Source of the DNA: Macrostomum lignano | Taxonomy: Eukaryota | Length of the DNA: 64,000 nt | Assembly: GCA_002269645.1 (NCBI GenBank) | Contig: NIVC01001008.1 | Location: forward strand, 62,001-126,000 | Direction of reading: 5' to 3' | Shown: one piece after another, positions 48,701 through 60,319 of the stretch | Numbering within the stretch: the stretch's first letter is position 1 | Layout: every line of letters starts with the position of its first letter | The notes under the pieces: model-generated | What the model was told of the DNA's origin: nothing | What the model saw: the letters and a program-made list of their open reading frames with translations, nothing else | Database searches by the model: none | Position numbers and translations under genes: made by a program

Positions 48701-51700
48701 TTGTGAGCTTCAAAGTGTACGAGCGCATGCTTAAAAACTGAGAATCAATGGCCAGTGTCCTGTTTCTGAGTTTCTGAGTCACAATATTGGTCAGGTTTAT
48801 CTCAGAAATGCACATCTTGCAGGGTTTTTTGGACATGACACCCTGATAAAATGATTGCGACCAGTTTTATCCAAGTGGCCACTTAGACATAAGACAACTT
48901 TCTATTAGTCAAATTTATTAGTAAGCATGAATCTACCTATAGAGCAGCTCATACTTTGTAGTTTATGTGCGGGGTTCCGATCAGAATCAGAATCAGTAAA
49001 TTGCCAGATCTGAATCTCCAGTTACCAACCATTTGCTTATACAGTGGGACCCCAACCCGAACCACAGCACTACGAGCTCCGACGAGCTGTGTGGACTTTC
49101 AAACTTACTGCATTGGCCAAATAATACGCAAAAGCAGTAATACATGTATAATAAATTGCACGCACCGTCGTACAAAGTTTACTACTCAAAGGTTGATTAC
49201 CAGTAACACACTGCGCTCTTTTTTCTATATAGCCGAACAGGCAAGACACGCAGAAGTACCAAAAGACCGTCGTAACCGGGCCGTGCGAATAGAATTCTTA
49301 GCATCAAACGTTCACACACACAAACACACTCGAGTACTGGTTCAACTTTCGACAGACCTCGTGCATAAGTTCAAATGACATTGTATCCACAATTTCCTTG
49401 CATTTGCGGATGCTTGCTTTGAATGATAGAGAAAACGGGAAGAAATGTTTAATAAGAAAAGCAACCTGACCCACAAGCATGCTTACCTCAAATTGATTGA
49501 TCTGAGGCGTGGGAGAATTTGATGCATGAGAAAAAGATGAATTGTAACTGGAGAACAAGAGAGAGCACCATACCGCCCACGCAAACATCTGACGAGCTGC
49601 GGCAGTGGCAGACTGTCAAACGCAGTGAGGTACACCACGAATGCCAGGCTGAGCCCGGCTTTCAGAACGCACGGAACCGGCCTGCCAGTCCGCACAGCCA
49701 AGTCGCCAACAAACGAAAAGGTGACAAAGCCGGCAAAGAATGAAGTCAGAGCACACATGAGAGGCAGCAGCAGGCTGTCTCTGTAGATGTTGTTGCGAAA
49801 CCGATTATGAGACGCCATGCAGATTGTGCAGCCCCAGGTCGGGCCGAGGCTCCAGAAGATCTGCTGAGCGGCCTCCACCCAGGGCGCCGGGGTGGCCAGG
49901 CGCTCCCAGTCTGGCGTGAGGTAATACAGAATGCCGTGCCAGCCGCCAGGTTGAGTGAGGCCCCGAACCAGAAGGACGAGCAGAAACAGGTACGGACCCA
50001 GGGCGGTGACGTACACAACCTGCATGCTCGATCAGATGGAACATTTTGTGTGCCAATATTTATAAGTCTGCAATTTTTTGTCAGCTTGCTTGTAAGTGAA
50101 TTCTTGTGGCTTAGAAGGAACTCCATATGAAGATAAATGCATGATTTGAAAGCGACCAAGCTAGGTTAGATACAAACTTTCGAATAGTATCATTCCTTTC
50201 CTACCTTTCCCAAAGATTGAACGCCTTTGATGAGGCACAGGTAGACACAGATCCAGGAGACAACCAGGCAGACCACCAGCTCCCAACGGATCTCACCAAG
50301 GTCATGGATGCCGGATGTGAGGCCAAGCAGATTCCGTCTGTGGTTTTGTCAAGTAATAACCAGTCTATTTTACTGCAAATAGCTCGTACGAGCTACGCCT
50401 ATTATTATAAATGAACCGATATGTTGTGAATGGCACCTTATTGAGCCAAAATAGGCAAATTTCAACTCACTCGAAGAACAGCTCGGTGGGTGACCGTCGA
50501 TCAGCTGCGAAAGCAGAGCAGTTTTCAGATCTCTGAATAAAATTATGATAGAAGAAATTTTATCAAAATTGCTTACGTTTGTATCCGCGGGATGAAAAGT
50601 TAAAACTAGCTAAAAAGACAAATTGTCTGGTCTCTTGTTGTCTTGTGTCTTCCAAAAACCTTGCTATGACTTGCAAAAGCAGAACAGTCTGCATGGTTTC
50701 CGTTTCTGTAGCTTCAGTGTTGGGTTATAATCTTGGGTTATAATCTAGCTGACTTGTGCGCTGTGAGATAAAGTAAGCGACATTCCCTCAGTTAATACAT
50801 GCTCCAGCATTGGAAGAGCCCTACCAGCAGGTCAATGTCCATGTCAGTCGCGTAGTCTTCGCTGGAGTTGGCCGCGGTCAGATTCGTCCAGAAGCAGCTG
50901 CTGCCGTTCCCCCAGGCCGGATCGCAGCCAGACCACGGCAGCGGATTGAAGAAGCTGTGCACCAGGTAGAAGCAGATCCACGACATCAGCACCAGGTAAT
51001 AGATGTTGAAGAAGAAGCACATCACCACGTTGCACCATCCGATGCCTGCAAGTGAAAAAATGTTCACAGGCTTCATTAGACTTCGTTGATTAGAGCCGAT
51101 CACCCATGAATTTTAAGAAGGCGACATCTAGGTAACTCAGCTGAAATAAACGATGGAGATTGTATACTAAAGAGATGAGGAAGGAGGCTTTTTGACCCAG
51201 TCGATCACGAAAAGTCCCTGAAAGACTCAAAATCTATCAAAACGGTTCAGATTTTTTCAACAGTACTTATAGATCATTTCCGATTCCGTAATCCTTCTCA
51301 TTTTACTCACCAGTGAGCAGCGGGCAGAAGCTCTTGAAGAAAGTGACCGCCGACTTGCCGGAGTACTGGCCCAGCGGCAGCTCCAGCATGAACAGCGGGA
51401 TCCCGATGGTGACGAGGAAGACAAAGTACGGAATGAGGAAGGCGCCTGCAATTTCGGCACGCAAATTGTTGGGCTTGGAGTCTCGCTAGTAAGAGGGGAA
51501 AATTGGTCAAACCGCCGCGCAGTCGCTTACCTCCTCCATTCTTCATCACCAGATATGGGAAGCGGAGCACGTTGCCCAGGCCGATGTTGTAGCCCATGAC
51601 GGTGAGCAGGAAGCCGAGCTGGCCGGGCCAGAACTCCCTGGCTGGCGGCTGCTGCCGTTTTTTGTCGCTGCCGCGGTCGGCAGCGTCGGCGGTAACAACT

Positions 51701-51726
51701 TCTGTCAGGTGGCAATTTTCAGCCAT
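45715..51726 (-). CDS. SLC6 (sodium:neurotransmitter symporter) family transporter, atypical; first-half-of-TM8 exon unresolved
   Basis: Exons 51726-51531, 51445-51311, 51045-50825, 50532-50471, 50337-50205, 50019-49594, [gap], 48615-48484, 48200-48104, 48027-47927, 47812-47621, 45864-45715. Motifs [10 protein letters not shown]...[69 protein letters not shown]. Confidence 0.85.
46757..47197. mobile_element. Foldback/MITE-like element with 40-bp TIRs in the last SLC6 intron
   Basis: aggcatgaaaggtgagtgaggtgcacagaaggggcacttt versus reverse complement of right end aggcataaaaggtgagcgaggtgcacaaaagaggcacttt; no clear TSD. Confidence 0.65.
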
Positions 51727-52255
51727 GGCGAAAGCGGCTGTCTTCGACTCGACATGAACTGGCACTACAAATTCTCACGAGTTTGCCTTAAATTTATCAT
51801 TGTAATCGGTGGCACGTGAATGGAAAATCGTATTGCTTCATTTGGGGGGGGGTTAGCCAATGGGTGACCAGATAGCAAAAGCGGTGTATGAATGAGCCAC
51901 GCACACTGTATGAGTGCAAGAAAAAACGTGAGCATTAACTAGAAAAATCTGCTGCATATTCTACTTTGCTGCCTCTACTTGAGCGACAATAGGAACAAGT
52001 ATACATTAGAATCAAGGTGCTCTTCTTTCAGGCAGCTACAATACAATTCTCGTTAGAAACCATGCAGTGCATTTAAACAATCAATTAATTCCCGCGCTCT
52101 CTCTGGTGCTGAGCAAACTGCAGTGGTTTTACAATATGCTTGTTATATGATGCTTGCAGTGTGGTGTAGCAAAATGCTTTGTAGCTAGCCCTTTTCACAA
52201 AAGCAAGTTGGCATATAAGACCCTCTGTACTTACATACTTAGATTGCAGTTTAGG

Positions 52256-53150
52256 TATTATTATTATTATTATTATTATATAAAACGCACTATAGCAGTG
52301 GTCAAGGAAAAATAACACCAATGGTGCCCCCATGGCTACGAAGAGGTAAAGGGGAAAGGAAGTGAAGGAGAACAAGACAAGGAAAATATAAGTCTAACAA
52401 ACTGATCAAGGTGGTCTTTGAGACACCTGGCTCTTGAAAATGGATGGCTTGATGCCAGGATTAGCTAATGCTGCAGGCAGAGCATTCCATAATTTACAGT
52501 ATGCGGGAATGAAGCACCGCTTCTGTGCCTCTGCTCTAGATAAAAGGAAGCTTAAAGGAGAAGCTGTGCTATTTGCTGTTAGAACGAGACCATTAGTGCG
52601 ACTGTGGCGTAATAGTGCTTAGTAAAAATGGCAAAATTCAATGGAAAATCCCACCAAAACCTCGATTTGCTTTTGCTACCGACCAAGTGCCAAGCGGAAT
52701 AAAACAGAAGCGGTCTCAACGCAAACTCAGCTGTATAGCCACTGCCTTCCTCTCGTCGAACAGAGCAGGAGTTAACCTAATATCGAACCCCCCACCATGA
52801 CATTAACAAAACCAAATTGCACCTGTCAATCCGATTAAAAAAATTAACCAGCTGCCTATCCTTGCAACCTGACAAATCGCAGTCCCTGCACTTCTATGCT
52901 GCCCTGCCACTAGCACTGGCAAGCTTTTAGGACCGCAAGGAAACACCGACCTAATGCTGGAGTACTGCGCAACATGAACTTTTAGAACGACTAGTAGCAT
53001 AGTAAAAAGAAACGCAGTTTTACTGAGTTGAATAACGCTTATTACAGGGCCACGAGTGTCAGTTGGATGTGCATAGAAATATTTTGTAAATGAGAATCCA
53101 CCAAAGTCTCCTCTCTTACAAGAAGACAGAGTGCTGCATACAGGCATGTT
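52256..53150 (-). mobile_element. Degenerate CR1/L2-group LINE 3' fragment with (TAA)n tail
   Basis: Minus strand reads RAEAQKRCFIPAYCKLWNALPAALANPGIKPSIFKSQV (WNxLP...FK signature); (ATA)n tail at 52256-52279. The 5' limit is approximate. Confidence 0.6.
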
Positions 53151-53869
53151 GTTCCCGTCAATATAAGGACGGTAGAAGTTACACTGTTGTATCTAGCGAG
53201 CAACTTTACACATTTTGACTGAAAGAAATACTCTAGATCTGCTGTTCACCTGCCGTTCCCACATCTACATACTGCATAAGGCCAAACTTTGCGTCATCTT
53301 AAAGAAAACAAAATTTTCTCAAAATTTGAAAAAAAATTATCATTTAAAGTGCTACTGAATCAGAGTTATGAGTAATTCAAGTTTAACTGCAATGCCAAAA
53401 ATGCTGGAACTGCAATATTTGAGTGCGCTGCGACACGATACAACGGTAACTTCTAGAGGACCTTGGTATAAATATTCTATGGCTTCTGTCAGCCAATGAG
53501 GGGGCACCACAGGGGTATGCAAGTGCAACTTGAGCTTGATTGCTTTTTTGCTCAGGTAAAGATCTGCAGTATTTATTCATTAAAAAATTACTTTACCAAA
53601 TAATTATGCGTATATCAGATAGATATTGAAAATTCGATACAGCGCGTTCAAAATTTTGCTTAAACATTTGGCTCTTTGTATATATCTGTTTCTAAATATA
53701 ACTTTTGAAATGGGGAATTGTAACTCAAGATCGTGCAACAAGGTCAGATCAAACCTAACTGTAGACACAAAATACAATCGTACCAAACAACAAAGACAAT
53801 ACCGCTGTAGGGCAGGTAACCCAGAAGCACGGGAGATTCATTTCAGACAGAGCTGGAGAGTCAGTTACT

Positions 53870-55450
53870 TCAATGTCCATTAGCGGCAGCAGGATTCAGT
53901 GGGCTCATCTCGCCGCCTTCGGGTCCCAGTTTCTCGCCAAGGTCCAGCAGTCGCTCTCTAAGCTCCGGGTCGCTCTGCAAACTCTGATTTCGAACGCTTT
54001 CCCAGTCTTTAGTTGGAGACAGGAGCTGCTTCAGTGTCTGTTAAGTCGGTAAAGATGATCATTTTACCAACAAGGAATGCTACAATATTTAAAAAAGCCG
54101 TACGTGAGAAGCGACTTACAGTCACCAGGCTCGGCTGCGGCTCAGATCGACTCTTCCTTCGCTCAGTGATGATGGTGTAGAGCACGAAGACCGGCAGTGG
54201 CACTACACTGCAAGAGGCAAACAGCCAGCCGCAGGCGGCAGCCGGCTTTGGGTAGTCGTAATTTCCATAATTAGGCGACCGATAGCCCATGATGGTGAAT
54301 ACGAAGAGCGCCTGGAAGAAATATGATTTGAATAGTCTCCTAATTGCAAATTCAAATGCCGTTAAATGCCATTGTTATAGAACACTCACCAACAGCAGGA
54401 TTGGCAGAAAGCCGCGCCAGACAATGTCCCAGAAGATTGTCATGCGAATTCCAGTCATGAGGCAGATGTTTGCGCGAATTCTGCGACTACCTGAAATCAT
54501 CCCAACATCAGAGAGAAAGAATCACGGGCTTAAGTCCTTTTAAGGCTTCGATAGCACGACGTTCACATTGAGCTGGCATGCGTTTGGTCCGAAGTGCCTT
54601 GAAAAGTGGATCGACTTAAATTCAGAAAGAATGCTAACTGGAGGCTGCTAAACACGCGATTTTTTAGTAAATTTCTTCAGTCAAGGTGCATTTGAAGCAA
54701 AATCATGCCTTTAAATAAAGTTCCCAGTCCCAAAAAACGGTACCTAAAGGCCAAGAAGCTTCCAAGAGTCGTTTCAGATTCTTTGCAGGTAACACAGATA
54801 CAACAGGAAATAAGTGATTCTAGACGACTCTAAAACGACGATATGCCTAAGAGTCAATTTGAGGCATTTATTGTCTACCACTCTAAACGCAAGTGACTCT
54901 GGTAGAGTCGTATCTGGGGCGTGCTGGAGTCGCTGCAGAATCCCTGAGTTGGGTCTAAAGCGCATCTGCGGCACTTTATGGAATTAGAATCGCATTTCGC
55001 ATGTGTAACAACTTTATTTAGCCCACTGAGTTAGTAGAAAGTTAAACGCTAACAACGAATCTTGGACGACTTTTTCGCGACTCTTTTACGATTCTACAAC
55101 TCACGTGATGCACTCGCACCTGAACAATCGCCTCTTCATCGCATTACAGTCGTTTGAGTTATTAAAAAGTCTCTAGACTCGCCTCAGAGTCGCTAAAGTC
55201 ACAAGTGAGTTGCTTGCAATAACTTTTTAGCAATTATTATCACGGTAACGTTTTCAAGAGAAGTGGTCTAATGGTTCTTATGAGCATGTTAGTATGCTGC
55301 TTCGATGTTACAACTTCAATAGAATTCACGGGTTGCTTTAGCATTAGAGAGTAAATGAATGCACTGTACTGTAAGCGTACGCCATGCCAATGACTTGAAT
55401 GAAAGCAATGACAACGACCATGATGAAGGCAGTTTGATACCAATCCAATC
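53870..55450 (-). pseudogene. Truncated SLC6 paralog (TM10-C-terminus only)
   Basis: Exons ~55450-55370 (LDWYQTAFIMVVVIAFIQVIGMAYAY), 54490-54390, 54311-54120 and 54037-53870 closely parallel the last four exons of the gene at 45715-48200. The TM10 exon has no usable acceptor and abuts a minisatellite; I found no TM1-TM9 exons upstream. Confidence 0.7.
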
Positions 55451-55455
55451 ATATC

Positions 55456-55990
55456 AATGGGGGTCGCTGAGATGCCAATTGGCTCAATGTGGGTCGGTGA
55501 GATGCCAATTGGCTCAATGTGGGTCGCTGAGATGCCAATTGGCTCAATGGGGGGGGGGTCGCTGAGATGCCAATTGGCTCAATGGGGGGGGGGGGTCGCT
55601 GAGATGCCAATTGGCTCAATGGGGGGGTCGCTGAGATGCCAATTGGCTCAATGGAGAGTTGCTGCCAATTGGCTCAATGGAGAGTTGCTGCCAATTGGCT
55701 CAATGGAGAGTTGCTGCCAATTGGCTCAATGGGGGGGGTCGCTGAGATGCCAATTGGCTCAATGGAGAGTTGCTGCCAATTGGCTCAATGGGGGGGGTCG
55801 CTGAGATGCCAATTGGCTCAATGGAGAGTTGCTGCCAATTGGCTCAATGGGGGGGGTCGCTGAGATGCCAATTGGCTCAATGGGGGGGGGGGTCGCTGAG
55901 ATGCCAATTAGCTCAATGGGGGGGTCGCTGAGATGCCAATTGGCTCAATGGAGAGTTGCTGCCAATTGGCTCAATGTGGGTCGCTGAGAT
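55456..55990. repeat. G-run-rich composite minisatellite
   Basis: Modules ggggtcgctgagatgccaattggctcaatg and gagagttgctgccaattggctcaatg. Confidence 0.93.
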
Positions 55991-57461
55991 CCCAAGGCTG
56001 ATGGGGGTGCAGGGACAGTTGAAACACTGATATGCCGCCCACAAAAATGGGACCGCAGGTGGACTAAATCAGATCATTTTTATCTTCAAAAAATTAGCTT
56101 GGCAAGATAGCCGAAGAAGCTTTGGCATCTGCACAAAATTTTCGATAGTTTCCGAGTGGTGAAACAGCCTTTTTTCAAATCGGTAAGTTTATTGCTTATT
56201 CAACTTTCAAGAGAAATATTTACTTGCGTAGAACTTGCGCAACGCCTTCGGCGGCATCGTCCCTCGACTAGTACTGCGGCAATTCTGCCCATTCCACCGA
56301 CTCCTGAGCACTTACAAGTGCGTCAATACTGTACGCAGGCACGCACTCAAACACGCGCTCACACAGGGTGTACACAGTGTATGTGTATAATACATTAATA
56401 GAAATTAAAATCCAGCGAAAAAGCCTTTTATGTGCATGCATGTTCCGACTAATCATTTTTATTTCTCCAAAAGGTGTAAATGGTTAACAAAGAACGAAGA
56501 AATACCAGATATAATGAGAATTCTATGCGTTTCTAAAGTGTAGAAGCAACGAGAAATTCGAATTCCAGTTTCACACTACTTACAGTAGCCAAATTTGCAA
56601 GTTTGCAGAAATATGAAGTATCTTGTGCACTTTTTATTGGTAACGATAGAGCTGAGCGTTGTTTTCAACCGCTATTTCAATATCACAAACCTAAAGTATC
56701 ATATTTCCGAAATATCACAAACCCGAAATATCCTAACTCCGAAAGAAACGCTCAACGGTATTTTGGTTTTCGAAATTATGATATTTCGGGTTTTCAATGG
56801 ACGTTGCTAGATCTTTCGGGTTTGCGATGCCCCCCTTACTTACTTGACTTAGCTGCAGGGGGCTCCGTGCGTTCGGAAACAGCGAGGAGGCGTTGCCGCC
56901 CATTTCGCTAACCCCTGGCGACCACGGGCAGCTAGTGATGCCCCCCCCCCCAAAGCAGGCACCTTGACAAATCATAGGGTGCACGTGGACTTGCGCGGGT
57001 TGAGGCAATGCCGTGATGAAGGAGAACACCAAAAGTTCAGAGAGAGAGAGCGCGGTTTCTCGGCCACTTGCCAACGAATTGCCAAAGTCGCGAAAACTTC
57101 AATGGCGTTAATTAAATTTTTTATTGATCAAAGCGGACAAATTACTATAATAAAATATGGCTAATAAATTAATGAAGATTATAACAAACATTTTTATACA
57201 CCGGAAACAGGTAGCACCAAGATTTTGTTAAAATAAGCTTAAATTTGACACAATAATTTGAATTATTTTAGTGTGGCGAGATTTTCAAATCTCTTTGTTG
57301 CCAAATAATTTCAGATTATTGTAACCTGTATGTTCCATTGCAATAGCGCTACTCTAAAGTGTTACATTATTGGAACAGATATATACACAAACTGGGACTT
57401 ATCTTGTTATTATCCCATCATTCATCCACTCTGAACTTTAACTTTAGAATGTTAATAAACT

Positions 57462-57830
57462 CTTCCCTCACTCTACCTGAATCCGACAAATTTTCACTCA
57501 CTCTATCTGAATTCCCCCGCTGTTCACCCCAACTCTATCTGAATTCCCCCGCTGTTCACTCACTCTATCTGAATTCCCCGCTTTTCACCCCAACTCTATC
57601 TAAATTCCCCCGCTTTTCACTCACTCTATCTGAATTCCCCCGCTTTTCACCCCAACTCTATCTGAATTCCCCCGCTGTTCACTCACTCTATCTGAATTCG
57701 AAAAATTTTCACTCACTCTATCTAAATTCCCCCGCTTTTCACTCGCTCTACCTGAATTCACTTACTCTGTGACTAAATTCCTTCGCTCTTCACTCATCTG
57801 TTAGAATTCCCCAGCTTTTCACTGATTTGA
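57462..57830. repeat. ~31-33-bp degenerate minisatellite
   Basis: Unit ctctatctgaattcccccgct(g/t)ttcac(t/cc)ca and variants. Confidence 0.85.
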
Positions 57831-58437
57831 ATTCCTCTGATCTAGAAGTTCTCACTCTAAACTAAATAACAAAATTGAAAACAATACAGTCATAAAGACT
57901 GTAATAAATAACTCTTAAGGAAAGACAAAACAAAGTTACTAAATTTACAGAGTTCCGCATCTTGACAAATCAATCAATATTGGCACAAAAACAGATGAAA
58001 AAATTCCAACAGTAAAAAAGTAATTTCCATATATAATGACTATACATTGATTAAGCGCACCGATATACAATACATATGTTAATGAGGACTTCGCGCCCAG
58101 ACTAGAGGCTCAGAGTATACGAAGACGAGTTACAGTTGGCCGGTGCAGCGGCCGCGGCAGCTGCGGTCTCGGGAGATGAGCACGAGAGCCGGCCCAGCAC
58201 AGTCTTGGACAAATGCTGAGAATGGGGATTGTGTGTGGCAGATATTGTACGAGACAGTCCACGGTGTCAAGCGGCACAGGAAGTTAACCGATGTCATTGG
58301 TGACTCAGCTGACCCAAGAGTTTTGCTAATCATCAACCAGTAGGTGATCAGGGTGCCATATAGGGGTCAAGGAACTCATACATGTAATAGGCTGGTAAAA
58401 AGATAAGGCACTCCCCGTACAGTATAGCTTTAGTGCT

Positions 58438-59030
58438 CCTGATGCTGGCGCCCCTGGTGCTGGTGTCCCTGGTGCTGGCGCCCCTGGTGCTGGCGCCCCT
58501 GGTGCTGGCGCCCCTGGTGCTGGTGTCCCTGGTGCTGGCGCCCCTGGTGCTGGCGCCCCTGGTGCTGGCGCCCCTGGTGCTGGCGCCCCTGGTGCTGGCG
58601 CCCCTGGTGCTAAAGCCCATAGTGCTGGCGCCCCTGGTGCTGGCGTCCCTGGTGCTGGCGCCCCTGGTGCTGGCGCCCCTGGTGCTGGCGCCCCTGGTGC
58701 TGGCGCCCCTGGTGCTGGCGTCCCTGGTGCTGGCGCCCCTGGTGCTGGCGCCCCTGGTGCTGGCGCCCCTGGTGCTGGCGCCCCTGGTGCTGGCGCCCCT
58801 GGTGCTGGCGCCCCTGGTGCTGGCGCCCCTGGTGCTGGCGTCCCTGGTGCTGGCGCCCCTGGTGCTGGCGCCCCTGGTGCTGGCGCCCCTGGTGCTGGCG
58901 CCCCTGGTGCTGGCGCCCCTGGTGCTGGCGCCCCTGGTGCTGGCGCCCCTGGTGCTGGCGCCCCTGGTGCTGGCGCCCCTGGTGCTAAAGCCCATAGTGC
59001 TAAAGCCCATAGTGCTAAAGCCCCTGGTGC
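58438..59030. repeat. 15-bp GC-rich minisatellite
   Basis: Unit ctggtgctggcgccc, ~39 copies. Confidence 0.97.
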
Positions 59031-59783
59031 ATAACCCCCCCCGGGGCAGAATAGCTCTAAACGCGTCTGTCACGCAAATTAGCCGGGGACTGTCGTGTGC
59101 GGTTTACAGCCATGAGGACCAACCCCAAGGCACACAGAGTGTACGTGCCTGATAATTAGAAATCCAGGGCCGTTGTACACCCTGTGTAAGCGTGTGTTTG
59201 AGTACGTGCCTGCGTACAGTATTGGCACGTATGTTATGTGCTCAAGGGCCAGCGGAATGGGTCATATACGAGTATAATGGCGCCGCCCGCCTGAATAAGA
59301 GATCCTCGCTAGCTACGCCCTCTAATGTCACTACAATTGATGGCACTGTGCTCGGGTTCCTTCACAGTGTTTTAACATACTGTAGTATGTAGAGCGTATA
59401 AGAATTTCACTACCGTTACCACACTAGAGTAAGTAATCAGAAACACACATTGGGCCGCTTACCATGCCAATCAGATAGTCGTCTTGAGAGATGCCAAACT
59501 TTGCCAGCTCATTAGCCAGTAGCTTCTGTGAGTCAGGCGCGCTGGAATAGACGAGTTTAGATGAGTTTAGATGATTAATTTAGACTTTTGAGACCGCAAT
59601 TGAGAACAAACACGTATACGAAAAAGTGTAAAAATGTGGGCTGACTCACGATGTCACTGCGGAGCTCCTAGCGCTTAACGCGTTTGGCCGGTTCAGGCGT
59701 CGGTGCCTTGCCAGGTGCATGGAAGTCACGGTGAGCGTCAGCTGAGCCAGCTCAGTGAAAATCCTGCGGGATTATTTGGGTTT

Positions 59784-60099
59784 ACTGACTGACTGACTGA
59801 CTGACTGACTGACTGACTGACTGACTGACTGACTGACTGACTGACTGACTGACTGACTGACTGACTGACTGACTGACTGACTGACTGACTGACTGACTGA
59901 CTGACTGACTGACTGACTGACTGACTGACTGACTGACTGACTGACTGACTGACTGACTGACTGACTGACTGACTGACTGACTGACTGACTGACTGACTGA
60001 CTGACTGACTGACTGACTGACTGACTGACTGACTGACTGACTGACTGACTGACTGACTGACTGACTGACTGACTGACTGACTGACTGACTGACTGACTG
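59784..60099. repeat. Perfect (GACT)n microsatellite, ~79 units
   Basis: Direct inspection. Confidence 0.98.
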
Positions 60100-60319
60100 T
60101 TATGTCTTCTGCTCCGACGTGGAGCTGCTACATTTAAGTAAGAAGACAACGGTTCGCTTAGGGGTTCGAGCTATCGTATTGCTCCGGTAGTTACGAACTC
60201 CTCTTGGGATTCATGTTGTAACTAGCTCGTACTTTATTATAAAATAATAGGTTGTGCCTTAGACAACAAAACATTGGGCTTGGGGGCATACTCTGTGTCT
60301 TCTCTGTTAATATACAACA
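60098..60319 (-). repeat. 3' LTR (~222 bp) of the Gypsy element
   Basis: Starts TGTTG directly after the polypurine tract AAAAGGGGGAA (60320-60330), contains AATAAA and ends CATAACA. Confidence 0.75.

Noticed and set aside
49100-49300. Two similar hydrophobic segments and a GTAAGT donor as the missing SLC6 TM8 exon
   Set aside because: No LG.DS-like motif and no convincing phase-compatible acceptor.
58136-58343. GC-rich stop-free stretch after a ttacag acceptor
   Set aside because: No recognisable homology, donor or partner exons; left unannotated.
58348-60149. (RGAST)n, (LVLAP)n and (SVSQ)n ORFs
   Set aside because: Translations of the 15-bp and 4-bp repeats.
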